In this document: in pieces, positions 1-12,464 of the stretch
How the letters are laid out: every line of letters begins with the position of its first letter
Numbering within the stretch: position 1 is the first letter of the stretch
Assembly (NCBI GenBank): GCA_046563655.1
Contig: CM102285.1
Location: 1,240,001-1,304,000, forward strand
Length of the DNA stretch: 64,000 nucleotides
Origin: Yuukianura sp. NJ FZ-2021
Taxonomy: Eukaryota
Direction of reading: 5' to 3'
The notes under the pieces: generated by a model
What the model was told of the DNA's origin: nothing
What the model saw: the letters and a program-made list of their open reading frames with translations, nothing else
The model's database searches: none
Translations under genes and position numbers: made by a program

Positions 1-350
1 AGCCCCAGCACACATGCGTAGCATTCTTGTAAATAATAAAACCTATTATTAGTACAACCGATTACTATTTAGATCAGTAATTACAAGCATGCTGCACATG
101 CTTGCTGGAGCTTCGCCCCGGACTCGTACAATCTTCCTCAATTAACTTACAATAATATAAGTGTATTTTAATAAAAAGTGAAAAGACAATTTTTTTTGAA
201 AAATACAAAAGAAGTTTTGCGTCCAGAAAACAAGTCAAACTTTCAACAAAAAAATACTTTCTTCGGCTCATTCATTTCATTACACGTTTCATTGTATAAC
301 AATAAGGTTTACGCATGTTTTGAAAAAAAAAATGTTCCAAATTTTTGAAT
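1..350. repeat. Left arm of a ~350-bp inverted repeat (partner 1752-2103; third copy ~15770-16160)
   Basis: 1-350 is the near-exact reverse complement of 1752-2103 (agccccagcacacatgcgtagc... / ...gctacgcatgtgtgctggggct). It probably extends left of the window. Confidence 0.9.
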
Positions 351-399
351 TATTTCAGGTCGGGCAGGGTCCGTCTTTTTCATTTCAACGCCTGTAGGT

Positions 400-1585
400 G
401 GATTCAATAGAGAATGGAGTTTGGCTTGAGCTTGTCTTCAAACCGGATTGCTAGCCGAAACCTATGCAATCCAAAAATTTTTTGCTCAAGCCAACCCCAA
501 GCCAACCAGAAAGTGAGAGGAAACCGAGCCAAACAGGAGAAAACTCGAGGTCTATTGAATCGGGTTATTCAATAGACTTTTGGAGTAAGCTAAAAGGTGG
601 CCGAAACCAAGCTTTTTGCAATCCAGGTCCGGACCAGGCTTGGAACGGGTTTACCCATTACTTCGGCATTACTAATTACTAATTATCACTGTTTGGACTA
701 CTGTCAGCGCCGTAATAAGTGGTCAGCGCAGTAGTCCGATAGATTACAAAGGTTGTAAAGTCTAACACCATACCCAACAACACTAATTGTGCAGTGATTG
801 TGACATTAAAGTCATGGCGTGAGCTCCCAGTTCGGAATAGAGAAACACCCTAGTTTTATGCAGTGGAGGGAGTAACTATACTATTAAAATGAGATCTGCA
901 TTAACCTAATCATGTTATTTGAACATTACGCTTAGATTTCTGCTAACAGTAAGTCGTTTTATGTCTTAAGCGTTCTCCGGGTATGCCAAATGATGTGGAC
1001 TCACCGGAGGCGCTGACCGGCTCTGACCATCCGGTGGTTCTTTAACTGATTCCCAGAATAAACATTTAACGTAATTGCCCTTAACAAACTTAACTGGTAT
1101 AATTGGGATGGAATGGAATGAAAGTTAATTAATAACTGGTAACATTCGTTATAATATAAGCAAATTCATACGAGGCGGGTACAATTAATCGAATCCATCA
1201 CATAAAGCAAGGAATAGGTCAGCGCCTTAGTGGTCAGTGCCTATTCCTTGTCTGAAAAGTTGAAAGTAGTGAGATGGGAACTAATTGACTTGATATGGAA
1301 TGTAAAAAAGTTATAAAGTTTAATTTTGTAAAAGTCAGCTGATTAGGTAAACACAATTTCAATTTGAAATTGCAATTCAAAATTTTTCCCGCCCCAACTT
1401 GCTTTTGTAAGGAAGTATAGGTTTGAGACGATCGGCTCAGTTTCAGCTTGGAAACCCAAACCGAGAGAAGCTGAACTCAAGTTTCCAATTGAATCCGAGC
1501 TTCAACTTCTGTTTAGCTTTGGGTTGGTTTTAGTTTTTCGAGGTTTGTGGTTGGTTTCGGTTTTTTCCCATTCTCTATTGAATCC
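400..1585. mobile_element. Non-autonomous TIR element (18-bp TIR GGATTCAATAGAGAATGG)
   Basis: TIRs at 400-417 and 1568-1585. The paralogous site near 16200-16230 (cgtctttttcattc/tgaacttcagtcacgg) lacks the ~1.2-kb insert. No transposase ORF. Confidence 0.7.
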
Positions 1586-2369
1586 CTCTCCTGAACTTTC
1601 AGTCACGGTTTTCTGCAACCAAAAAGCATGTAAGAAGATGTTGTGCTGCAGTTTCTGGAAACACTGTCGCCTGTGAGGGGAGATCCACTGCTTTTCAATA
1701 CGATTTGCTGCAAGATTTTTAAAAATTCGCTTGTACACTTACTTTTTGAGGATTCAAAAATTTGGAACATTTTTTTTTTCAAAACATGCGTAAACCTTAT
1801 TGTTATACAATGAAACGTGTAATGAAATGAATGAGCCGAAGAAAGTATTTTTTTGTTGAAAGTTTGACTTGTTTTCTGGACGCAAAACTTCTTTTGTATT
1901 TTTCAAAAAAAAAATTGTCTTTTCACTTTTTATTAAAATACACTTATATTATTGTAAGTTAATTGAGGAAGATTGTACGAGTCCGGGGCGAAGCTCCAGC
2001 AAGCATGTGCAGCATGCTTGTAATTACTGATCTAAATAGTAATCGGTTGTACTAATAATAGGTTTTATTATTTACAAGAATGCTACGCATGTGTGCTGGG
2101 GCTTCGCCCCATGGACGCTCAAGGCTCTGTACCTACCAACTCCAATACCATTTTCTTTCAACAACATCGACATTTAAACATGGACTTTAAATTAAATTTA
2201 AAAAAATTCCATTAAATCCTTTCAAAATAGCCACCGCTTGCTTCCGGAGTTTCTTTGAAATTGAATTTATAGCCTTTCGATCGCACGAGGTTAAAATTTT
2301 CCTTCTACTTCTCTACACTGAAACAAAAAAAAATTATTCTAAGGCCCAAAAAAGTTAACTTTATTTTAC

Positions 2370-2620
2370 AGCGTCCCAGTTCCATCAAAGTTTCCGAATT
2401 AGAGGTCCTACTGTACTAATACCGAATTTCAGTACTTTCTAGCCCCATCCTTGCACGAAGGGTCCCTTAAGGGTCTCCGCCACCAAAAAAAAACTTGTAA
2501 AGGGGAAACATGATTCTATTTTGTTCAATAGCCTATGCTGCAGTCTCAGCTGATCGACCCCCTTCTAGAAAGTCCAGCCTCCGCCTTCTATGTAGTCTCA
2601 ATTTATTGATCCACTATAAA
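2370..2620 (+). pseudogene. Decayed remnant of BTB-gene constant exon 2
   Basis: cagtctcagctgatcgacccccttctagaa (QSQLIDPLL) matches exon-2 cagtctcagatgatcgatccactgcttgat (QSQMIDPLL). No long open frame. Confidence 0.55.
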
Positions 2621-3065
2621 GTTGCCCCAACGTAAAGTACTTCCAGTGGCTTTCACTAAAATCTACCAAAATTCATTGACAACGAGTTACATTTTCTCTA
2701 ATAGGTTTTAGTCAATGACTCGAGTTTGAAAAATCCCGTGTTGTTACAATTCCATGATCCTATTTCACCACTTTCTTACTTTTTTCTCGTGAATTTCCAA
2801 TTTTTAAAGAAAATGTTTAGCAGATTTTATGGTGTAACTTTTGCAAATTTGCAAATTAAGAGTAGTTACTATTGAAAACAGAAGATTTTAAAGTGGTGAA
2901 GTACTACTCTCGTCTCTTTCAATTCTAAAATTAAATTTACCTTACCTTACTTATGGTGAATAATTCTATTTTAAAATTTTGTTCAAAAAAATTAAAAACT
3001 CGAGTTATTGCGTGACATTGTCAAGAAAAAGTTTTTATGATTAACTGGCGTTTACACATCTCGGA

Positions 3066-4091
3066 ATGGTTGAAGACGCTTTCGGAATTCCAACAGACAT
3101 GGTAAAGTAGCCATAGCAATTGAGCTGGTTTTTATGAATGACTTTATTTCAAAATATTTAAAAATTTATAAATGTTTTGTTTTAGTTGAGATTGGGAGTT
3201 ACTGGTCCTATCAAAATTGATCTCCAACAAGAAAACTCCATAAGCCAATCCAGTAATTGTCAAACCAACTTTTGAATTATGATTTTTCAACTTTTTTTGA
3301 AAACTGAGAAAAATTTTGTGTGTGTGTCTGTGGTGGTTAGATTTTACGGAACCTTGGCCAATGGGGGACAGTGACAGCAGGGCCGTTGAAGTTCCTTTTC
3401 CTTTCGTTTCCAAACGAAAACGAAAGCGGGACAGGAACAAAAAGCGTTTCAACAGAAATGGTAAACTGGTAAAAGACTAAACGGAAGAAAAATTGCAGTT
3501 CTCGATTTTCAAGATTATCCTGAAATTAGAGTTTTCCAACATTAATTTTTTAAATTTCTTTTATAGTTTAATTAGGATTTCAAAATGTAAGTTTTTGCAT
3601 AACGATTTTTAGGAAATCGCTTCTACTGCCCAACTCCAAGCTGTAGCCGCTCCTTCAACAAAAACAAGTTTTTGACATTCCACTTGAAGTAAGTTTAATG
3701 TGTACTAAAATTTAGAATCAAGGGCTGTGATTTGTGATAAGCTGAAGAAGGCTATTTATATGACTTTGTCTGTCTGTCTGTTCGTCTGTCTGTTACCTCT
3801 TCATCGCAAGGAGACCTTCATTACAAAAGCTGGTGCAGACCGACGGACACAGTCGTATCAATATTCTTTTGCAAAACTAAGTTTTTGAGTTTTTATTAAC
3901 ACTTAATTTGTAACATTAGAAAAAATTAAAAATTTGGAAAAGTTTATGTTTTTTCCTTTCGATTGTGTAGGCATGAGTGTAACAAAGAGCCTCGCTTCCA
4001 CTGTTTTCAATGTGGCTACAAAACTCATTGGAAGGTCAATCTAGGTCGCCACCAAGAAAAAGATCACGGTAAAAAGGTCGTCGCAGACTAA
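3066..4091 (+). CDS. BTB-less zinc-finger mini-paralog, ~139 aa; exons 3066-3101, 3186-3252, 3341-3460, 3613-3688, 3971-4091
   Basis: GT-AG junctions join in frame: MVEDAFGIPTDM-LRLGVTGPIKIDL..-FTEPWPMGDSD..KRKRKRDRNKKRF..-CPTPSCSRSFNKNKFLTFHLK-HECNKEPRFHCFQCGYKTHWKVNLGRHQEKDH. Exon sizes of 67 and 120 nt equal constant exons 3 and 4 of copy 2. The start codon is inferred. Confidence 0.7.
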
Positions 4092-5662
4092 AACTTTCTA
4101 AATTATTAATATAATGTAAATTATAATATAATCTATAAGCGACAACTATTAAAAGCGAAGTTTCTTATTTCGGCATTAAATTTTCCAGTTTATGTTGCAA
4201 GTTGTAGAAAACTTAAACTTTTATCAGCGGCTGAAGCTTCGCTAACGTTAATGGATGCGTACATCAGTTTTGCTAGGTTGTGTTAAAATTAGTTTAATTT
4301 AAATACGCGTGAATGCCTGAAATGCTTGTTTAATGTTTATATTTGGTAGTTTAGCTTATCTTAAAACCTAACGTAACTGTTTAAAGGGACTTTAATCTTC
4401 CCTCTGTATATTTTTTATTATTAATATAATTACTTAAATATATTAATTAAATAAACTCATAAATGGGATTATGTGTCCATCTTTATGATGGGGTGGTAGC
4501 ACCCCGTGTGGTGTCCTTTGAACAGATCCGGGTTGAAGTAAGGATTCCGCAGCCAACTGTGATACCAAGTTTAGCCATGTTCCGGTGCGTGATTACGGTA
4601 CCCTGCGACGAGGCAGTGAGTGCATACATGATGTGACAACCAATGTTGCCACTACGGGTTACTTTTCTTGTTAATCGGAAAAGAGTTCAGATGGCAACAA
4701 AGTGGAAGTAACATGTTGTCACTCTTCATCACCTCACCCCGTAGAATCTTGGTGGCGTGTAGGTTGGCGTAACATTACATTGCATCGCTTGAACCCTTTG
4801 TGCAACCATCCATTGTCACATTTTCCCATCCATTTGTCACCATTCATTAAAATATCTTTTTATATCAACTTTTGGGCGTAAATTCCGAATCTGAAATCTG
4901 TTTTTAAAGGAGAAATAGTTAAATAAATTTATTCTCCTAAACAAAATTTAAAAAAATGATTAATTTTAATTAATTAATTAGTCTGACCAAGAAGGGGGTA
5001 TGACCGTCAAAAACAAATTTCAGATTCGGAATCTACGCCCAAAAGGTGGTAGAAAACGATATTTTAATGTAGGTATAGTTAACTATGTGGTTACAACCGG
5101 AACAGTTGGGTATACTTCAGCCCTTCCTTCTTCATCGCTCCCACTTTCCACCCTTTTCCCTCCTTGTCCTCTCCCTCCTTCCTCCATATCTTTTCTTGCC
5201 TCCATCGGCGTTGGTTGTTGTTTTGTGTCGTTTTGCTCTGTTTTCTTGCCGTTCCCTCCCTTGCGAGTTCAGTCTTCAGTGGAATTGTAACTTAATTAAC
5301 TAAGATTGATTAACTTTACTTTTACTCGCTGTCAACGTAAACTTGATGACAGTCTTCTGCAGGATCGGTTCGAATTTCGGGATTGACTGCGGTTCCAGTA
5401 GTATCACTACAGGCCATTAAACGCTCGCATCCCCAGGAAAGGAAGTGAGTTCAGTCGGTGAGCCATTGATTTTTTCTGAGGTAATCGATATCCGTATTGG
5501 ACCTTGAGTCGTTAGTTTCGACTTCTAGTGTTGGTGGAACTGTTGACGGTTTAGTTTTAGTTTTAACTCCATTTAACAACTTATCATTTTTTTTTGTATT
5601 ATAGGACATTGATAACGTATTGCATACTGTAAGAGCGGGTGGAAGGAAACCGTTTCGCAACG

Positions 5663-7006
5663 ATGGACAGCCAGGTTATTCGGCTGCGTTGGACCAGTCA
5701 TCAAGGCACTGTTTTGTCAGTATTCGATGCCCTGCTATCCAGTGAGTCCCTGGTGGATGTCACTCTTGCCTGTGATGGGCAATATATCCGAGCCCACAAA
5801 GTTATACTTTCGGCATGCAGTCCTTACTTCCAGGTACTTACTTACACTTTTTACTAACAATTCTGATTACGATACAAATATGGAGCTTATTGTTGCTTAT
5901 GTGTGTTGTTTGCTACACTAGGATCTTATCAATATCGACCCCAACAAACATCCAATCTTCTTCCTCAAGGATGTCAAGTACACTGAACTGAAGGCGCTTA
6001 TTCAATACATGTACCGTGGAGAGGTCAACATTCCTCAGGATGATCTCCCCTCTCTTCTGGCAGTTGCACAAGCACTCAAAATTCGGGGTCTCGCCGATGT
6101 TGAAACTGCCAATAACAGTATTGCCTCAGATACAATTATCCTTCCAGATCTTTCTAACAAAAGTCGAGTCACAAAGCAACCACCAGCTCCAGCTCCACCA
6201 GTTGTTCCTGTGGCTCCACCATCACCAGTTCCAGCACCAACTTCGGCCGCCTCATCTTTCAATATGGGTGCCCCACGAAACTTTCCAGAGCATTCATTCA
6301 CTCAGAATTCAGTTCCTCCGAGCCCCATTGGGGTACCCATTGCTGCAACTGGCCCTCCGACTCCAAAGAAGCCTAGGACTGAAACACGCTCTTCTACTCA
6401 AGCCGCCGCTGCTGCTGCTGCGGCATTACAAAAACAGTCTCAGATGATCGATCCACTGCTTGATGTTCAGTCTGCTCCTATCAAATCTCAATTGACCGAT
6501 CCTCTACAAGCTGCCTCTACTTCAAGTACCTCCAGTCATTACGATTCACCTGGTTACTCTGGACACTCCCGCGACAGGGACTACGGACAGAGCGGAATGG
6601 TGGAAGACACTGAGCCTTTCGAAATCGGAGTTGACGTGGTCAGTTTAATAATACAAAATGTAGTTTAACCAAAACGAATGTAGTTCCAGTGCTTACGTTT
6701 TTGTTTCCGTTTTCTAATATTTTTAGATGAAATTGGAGGCTACTGGTCCTATCGATATCGAATTGGAGGAGGAAGAAAACTCCATGAGCCAATCAAGTAA
6801 TCACCAAACTATGATCAACTAAACTTTTGAGCTATTAATAAGTTATGAATTGAATAATAACATAATTCCATTGATTTATTTTCCAGGTTTTTCTGAGCCT
6901 TGGCAAATGGGCGACGGTGACGGTGACAATTCTCAAATGCCTGACGACGACGGAGAGATGCCTGGCGGATCCGGAAACAACGACGGTGGTGCTGAAGGCG
7001 GCGAAG
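5663..7006 (+). CDS. Tramtrack-group BTB/POZ transcription factor, copy 1, constant exons 5663-5833, 5922-6638, 6727-6796, 6887-7006 (lola/mod(mdg4)-like)
   Basis: BTB motifs LRWTSHQ..LVDVTLACDGQYIRAHKVILSACSPYF..HPIFFLKDV..LIQYMYRGEVNI..LKIRGL. Intron phases 0,0,1. Ends in a phase-1 donor GAAG|gtaagc with no stop codon. Confidence 0.93.
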
Positions 7007-7013
7007 GTAAGCC

Positions 7014-7073
7014 CCGAACTTCTTTTGCCTTTGAGTTTATATGCCATGGCGACCTTGAGAGGTTCACCACGTT
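7014..7073 (+). promoter_or_regulatory. Putative RNA docking site, copy 1
   Basis: ccgaacttcttttgcctttgagtttatatgccatggcgaccttgagaggttcaccacgtt, identical to 19816-19875. Its reverse complement recurs upstream of the variable exons. Confidence 0.85.
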
Positions 7074-7475
7074 AAAACAAAGTCGTAAAGTTAACGATTT
7101 ACAAAAGATCACAACTGATCAGACATAACGTTTTTAAAGATGTCTTTCCTTATTTATAACGTTTTCTGTCTCGAAAGTTTCAAATTGAAACTGCTTGAAT
7201 CTTTGGAATCTTTCCGAATGCTTTCGCTTCGGAATACTTCATTTCAAAATTGGATTACTAAACTAAACTGGTTAAGTCGTATTCATGTTCCAGTATCATT
7301 GCCACTTATCCGAACATAGGCAAATTCCGCTTGAATTTGAAATAACATAACGGTGCTTTGCTTATTCTTGTTGCTGAGTTTATTGATTCGATGATCAGCT
7401 GATTTCGTGAGATCATGACCAAGTATTGGTGGATACCGAGCTCTCTTTTACTCTGACACTCTTTTGGAAAAAAAA

Positions 7476-7498
7476 CTTAAGTTCGCCATGGCATTCAA
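7476..7498 (+). promoter_or_regulatory. Proximal selector-like element
   Basis: cttaagttcgccatggcattcaa, identical at 20353-20375, and 19/23 identical to the docking-site reverse complement. Confidence 0.7.
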
Positions 7499-7841
7499 TC
7501 GAGTCGGATCGATTGTCTCTAAGCAACGATCGTCGATTTGTCGCTTCTTCAGCTAAAAACTGTTACGGTGTGACAGTTTTGCTACTGCAAAAGGCTTGCT
7601 CCACTAGCAAGCCCAGTCATTTTAGCAGAAATGCGCCAATGGCAATTGCAATTAATGAAATCTGCAATTTTGGTGACGTGATTTGTGAAAGTACTATTTA
7701 CTTTCAGTAAACTGCTCTGCTTTATCTCTGCTAGCAGTCATGAATTAACAAAAACATTGAATAGGTATAATGTGTTACTCGCTTGAACTGAAATGTTAGC
7801 CATATTTTGTTGGTCACAAGCGGGTATTTGTGTTGATTAAG

Positions 7842-8041
7842 GTTGCGTTAACACATGGAAGTGTCACGGTTGTGGAAATACTTACCCTGACAAAGGGTTA
7901 TTGGATCATCTTCGTCACGCAGCAAATGACTGTGAGTTTCAGTCCAAATTGGCTGATCTGCGATGTCCCTTAAGGTGTACTTTTGTGGCGAAAAAGAAAC
8001 ATCACTTATTGGCTCACATGAAAAAGAAAGATCACATGTAG
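7842..8041 (+). CDS. Copy-1 alternative terminal exon, double zinc finger
   Basis: Phase-1 acceptor; CHGC..HAANDC..CPLRC..HMKKKDH*. Confidence 0.75.
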
Positions 8042-8293
8042 GATCCGAAGACTGTTTACTTTTTTACCATACTCAAAAATTTCGGTTTTTGTGAGTAAAA
8101 TTTCGGTGGTTCTGTGAAACATCAGTTTTGAGTTGTGAAGTTGTCGTTTGTGCGTAAACGTACTAACGTTAACGTTGTGGTGTGCCAATCAGGGCCGTCT
8201 GGTGTTGACTTGAAGTTGAAAGTTTTGGAATTTGGAATTGAGAGTAGTTTCTGGCGTAATCGGTGGCTCATGATTTTTTGTGGTTTGATTCAG

Positions 8294-8592
8294 GTGGAAT
8301 TATGTGTCGTGCTTGTCGTAAATTTGTGACGCAGAAGAGTCGCAAAATGCATTTACTGTATGATTGTCCAGCAATTCCACCTAGATTCAGTTGTACTCTG
8401 TGTCCGTTTAAGGCAAAACGCAATACACATCTCACTAATCATATGAATCGGGTACACGCCAAAGTTCCGGAAGTTCAAATCCACCAAGATGTAGATAATC
8501 TCGGTTTTGAGTCTCTGAAACACGGATTGTTTGAGGTATTGTGCGACACGACTGCTAGTTTGGGTGCTTCGTCAATTGACGGAAATAGTTAA
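8294..8592 (+). CDS. Copy-1 alternative terminal exon, CCHC+C2H2
   Basis: tcag|GT GGA; CRAC..HLLYDC..CTLC..HMNRVH. Confidence 0.85.
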
Positions 8593-8970
8593 TGTGTTAG
8601 GTCATGGTTAGGTTACGGGGTTTGATTTTGCTTAGATTAGAAACCAGAGTCAGTTTTGGACAATCAAGTCATATTTTTTCAGTTGATTTTTATTATTTTG
8701 GAAGCTACTAACCTTGATTTACTAAAGCAATATCTGTCGTTTTGTATGTGTTTGTGTGTGTGGATTTCTTGTTTAATTTTTATGAATTTTTGCAATTTTC
8801 AACGTTATAGTTGACAAATTTTCTTCAGTTTTTTCAAAATCGTTTTGAATTAATTTTTACTTTTGCCATATTTCGGCCGTTCTTTTTTTTATTTTACCTT
8901 TCATTTTTCTGAAGATCTCTCTCATTGTCGTCTGTGGTGAATTTTCTTTAAACTAAGATTTCTGTTTTAG

Positions 8971-9074
8971 AAGAAATACTGGAAGCAAACGTGGTTTCGA
9001 ATTCTGGAGAGCCGGAAGCAGGGAATGGGTTATACAGATACAGTGAACATTTTTTCTTGAGCCGACGGTTCTGA
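8971..9074 (+). CDS. Candidate finger-less alternative terminal exon
   Basis: Phase-1 acceptor ttttag|AA GAA, open to TGA (EILEANVVSNSGEPEAGNG..). Selector-like tctctctcattgtcgtc at ~8916. Confidence 0.35.
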
Positions 9075-9383
9075 AATTACAGTTTTTGGTGCGAGAACAG
9101 AATTTGATTAATCCCGGTAATAGAAAGCTTTACACTTGTGCTTATGTGCTGAATATAATTTTTAGTAACTTTTAAATAGTTTTTTTTTAAATAAAGACCA
9201 AGTTCTGAATCGGAAGAAATTTTGTAGAATTCGTAAAAGTTGGATATTTCTGTGCCTGAAGAAAAATTTGTTTAACTTTTCTGATTTGTGTTTCCACTCA
9301 AAGTCGTCATTTTTTTGCCTCGATTTTTTTTGTACAACGAAAAAGAAAAATCGATGCGAAAGGATTTTTTTTTGGTGGTTTAG

Positions 9384-9684
9384 AATGTCGGTATCGTTGT
9401 CCAAATTTTGGTTGTAAACGGCGTTACCGGACACGAGGAGGTTTGAGGAACCATATTCGGTGAGAATAGTCAAAAATTTTGAAGAGTGCAAAATTATTTT
9501 TAAAAAAAATCTATGTTCATTTTTCTGAAATATTCATTTCGTTTTTAGAGATAATTGTCAAAAAGATCCGAAGTTTTATTGCCAATGTGGTTTCAAGAGT
9601 CATCGAAAAGGAAATTTAAAAGCACATTTGAACAGGAGTGGCCACTCTCCCCTATCTAACGTAACTTGTTCAAAAAGGCGGTAA
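9384..9684 (+). CDS. Copy-1 split zinc-finger cassette (9384-9459 + 9549-9684)
   Basis: CPNFGC..HIR|DNCQKDPKFYCQC..HLNRSGH. Selector ccactcaaagtcgtcat at ~9294. Confidence 0.8.
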
Positions 9685-9940
9685 AAAAAAAAAACAACTT
9701 AAAATTTGAATTTTGTCAATTTTTCAAAATTTTGGATTAAAACCGAGAATATGTTTTTAGCAAGTTGGGGTCTAGAAAAAGGCACTGTAAGGGAGAAAGT
9801 TCCTTTAATGTTTTAAAAAGTTTCTCTAGAATCTGGAAAATTGTCGTTTAACTTTTTTGAATTTGAATTGGAGTGAACTTCTCAAGCGTCAAAGATGTTT
9901 CAAAATTTTGGTTTTGTGAGATTCTTGTTGGTATTTTAGG

Positions 9941-10218
9941 GATTTTTAAAACGAAGCGGTTTTATTGCCCCACTCCACTCTCTCGAACCATCTTCGGTAG
10001 GTTGTTTTTGAAATTTTGAACAGTTTTAGTTTTTGAGTTCATTTTCTGAAAAAAATGTTTTTGGAGTTTTGCATTTGTTACAGAGATGAATGTCAAAAAG
10101 CTCCGAGGTTTCATTGCAAATGTGGCTACAAGAGTCATCGCAAGGGAAATTTAAAATCACATTTGCTGAGAAGAGGGCATTCCCCACTGTCTAGTGGCCT
10201 TTTCAAAAAGAGGTCGTA
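9941..10218 (+). pseudogene. Copy-1 cassette with an internally deleted, frameshifted first half
   Basis: CPTP is followed by a deletion relative to the paralog at 11095. The second half (DECQKAPRFHCKC) is intact. Selector gtgaacttctcaagcgtc at ~9873. Confidence 0.65.
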
Positions 10219-10597
10219 GTGTATGAAATCATAATGTGCGTTTAAAACGGTTTTGAATTGTGTAAAATTTTGAAATTTTGAATTGTAAAATTCGGGTCTA
10301 GAAATGTACTCCTTAAATATTTTAAGAAGTTTCTTTGAATTTAGATTTTTAAAGGTTTACTTTTTTTCAGTAGGCAAAGGCCAAAGCTGTTTAAGTTTTA
10401 AGTTTTCAATTTTGTTTAGATTTTCGATTTTTTACTTGAATGAAATTTTTTGTAAATTATTGATTTGTCAAGATTACTCTCCTCAAAGTCGCCATTGTTG
10501 TAAATTAACAATTTTTTTTACTCATTTACTCAAACTAGGCTTTCATCGTTTTTTGATTTTTTTTGACGTTATTGACTTTTTTGCTTGGGGCAAATAG

Positions 10598-10899
10598 AGA
10601 CACGATTCCGTTGTCACAATGTTGGCTGTAGTCGTTGGTACTTGACAAAAGGAGGTTTGGGGAAGCATTTGCGGTGAGGAATCGAAATTTGGAACTTGAT
10701 TTTTTTTAAATTTCTTGAAGTAAAATCTAAATGAATTTCTTCTAGATTGTACTGCCAGAAAGACCCCAGTTTTCATTGTGCTTGTGGGTCCAGGTTTTTT
10801 CAAAAAGAACACTTATTAAAAAGGCATTTGCAAAAAACTGGGCATTCTCCTCCTACTCAGTCAGTTTTTATGACAAAACGAAAACATACTGGAAAATAG
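10598..10899 (+). CDS. Copy-1 split zinc-finger cassette
   Basis: CHNVGC..HLR|LYCQKDPSFHCAC..HLQKTGH. Selector ctcaaagtcgccat at 10482-10495. Confidence 0.8.
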
Positions 10900-11094
10900 G
10901 CTTTTGCCATTTCAAATTTTTGAAATCCTGGTGTGAAATTTTGTTGAACGGTTTATTAAAAAAAAAAGTCTCCCTTTGGAATCTATGTTTTGGAAATTGT
11001 TGATGAATTAAATTTTAAATTTTAAATTGTAGTGAACTTCTCAAAGGTCGAAGATTTGTTTCGGATTTTTTTAGATTCTTGTTGGTTGTTTTAG

Positions 11095-11412
11095 TGATTT
11101 TTAAAAACAATCGGTTTTATTGTCTAACTCCAAATTGCGGTCGTTCTTATCGTCACAAAGGTCATCTCGCTGACCATCTTCGGTAGGTTCGTTTTCAAAA
11201 CATGAAAAGGTTTAGATTTTTAGTCTTTTTCCGAAAAATGTTTTAAAAACTTTATGGTTTGCGTTTGTTTTTAGAAATGAGTGTCAAAAGGATCCGAAGT
11301 TTCATTGCAAATGTGGTTACAAGACTATCCGAAAAAGAAATTTAATATCACATTTGCAGAGGATGGGGCACTCTCCACTGTCTAGTATCGTTTGTCGAAA
11401 AAAAGGCGGTAG
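11095..11412 (+). CDS. Copy-1 split zinc-finger cassette
   Basis: CLTPNC..HLR|NECQKDPKFHCKC..HLQRMGH. Selector gtgaacttctcaaaggtcg at 11032-11050. Confidence 0.8.
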
Positions 11413-11588
11413 ATTATGAACAAAGATGTTAGTTTCCGTTTCAATTGTGTGAAATGGAAGTTGAAATTTTTTTTTCTACTTTCCTCAAACTCGCCATCGG
11501 TGAAAATCGACTTTTACATTTTTTTTTGTTCATTTAAAAAAAAGAAACATACTCTCGTGTAACTTCTTGTTTTTTTTTTCGCAAATAG

Positions 11589-12464
11589 AGATTCAGTATC
11601 ATTGTCCGAATTTTGGCTGTAATCGTGGTAGAGGTGAGCGCCCGCTCATATTTTAAATTCCCGCCCGGACAACGCCCGCTCTGATTTTCGCCCGACCGCG
11701 CCCGCGCCCGATGGGCAAGTGAAAAAAAAATCCCGACCGCCCATCGGGCACCCGAAAATCCCCGATGCCCGAAACATAAAATGACGCATTGCCAACTCTT
11801 ATGGTTTTATTGTAATTTCCGGGGCTTCCTTTTTTACTAAATAAATACTCATATCAATAGCTAGATATTATTTAATGTTGGAGTGGATAAACGTTAATTC
11901 TTTTGATAAACTACTTTAATATAAAAGATAATTTGTCTTCTATGTTTGGAATTCTCAGTTCAACCGGGTTTTAGGGGGCTTTAAGAGTTCCGCGCGTGGA
12001 AAGTGGCGATGCAGATCTGGAAAAATTATTTTACCCTTTGATTTTCACGTGTACCTTTGCACTTCGGGACTATTTCGGGCGCCCGATTCCCGCTCATGCC
12101 TGTGGCCGCCCGCGCCCGTCCCGCCCGAAAAACCAAACTGCACCGCCCGCCCGTCCCGAGACCATGGGAATCCCGAAACTTCGGGAGTATTTCCGGGAAT
12201 CCCGGTCGGGCGCTCACCTCTAAATCGTGGGTACTTCACAGTAGGAAGTTTGTGGCGTCATTTGTGGTGAGGATATAATTCGCATCTAAATTTTGAAGTT
12301 GAGCTTTTTTATGTACTAAATTGTGGGAAACTAAATTTATTTTTAGGTATTACTGCCACTGCCAGAAAGATCTTACTTTTCATTGCGAATGTGGTTTCAA
12401 GTTTTATCAAAAAAGATTCTTAACCAAACACGTGAAAACTAGTGGGCATTCTCCAATTTTTTGA
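11589..12464 (+). pseudogene. Copy-1 split cassette disrupted by a MITE
   Basis: HCPNFGCNR[insert]GYFTVGSLWRHLW|YYCHCQKD..; the frame is restored if the MITE plus one TSD copy is removed. Confidence 0.8.
11629..12222. mobile_element. hAT-like MITE
   Basis: TIR TAGAGGTGAGCGCCCG / CGGGCGCTCACCTCTA; 8-bp TSD aatcgtgg (11621-11628, 12223-12230); GC-rich subterminal cccg repeats. Confidence 0.9.

Larger units (their letters stand above)
1752..4815. repeat. Arm A of a ~3-kb inverted segmental duplication (arm B 13173-~16160)
   Basis: Reverse-complement identity throughout, e.g. 4808-4815 atccattg vs 13173-13180 caatggat. About 2120-2300 is absent from arm B. Confidence 0.9.

Noticed and set aside
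3144-3452. Minus-strand ORF MKRFLFLSRFRF.. (and 14572-14775)
   Set aside because: Antisense shadow of the basic exon of the mini-paralog.
6016-6447. Overlapping alternate-frame and antisense ORFs in exon 2 (also 18806-19237, 6035-6301, 18825-19091)
   Set aside because: Shadows of Pro/Ala/Ser-rich coding sequence; they appear twice only because the gene is duplicated.
11996-12278. Cluster of GC-rich ORFs
   Set aside because: They lie in MITE subterminal repeats and show no transposase motifs.
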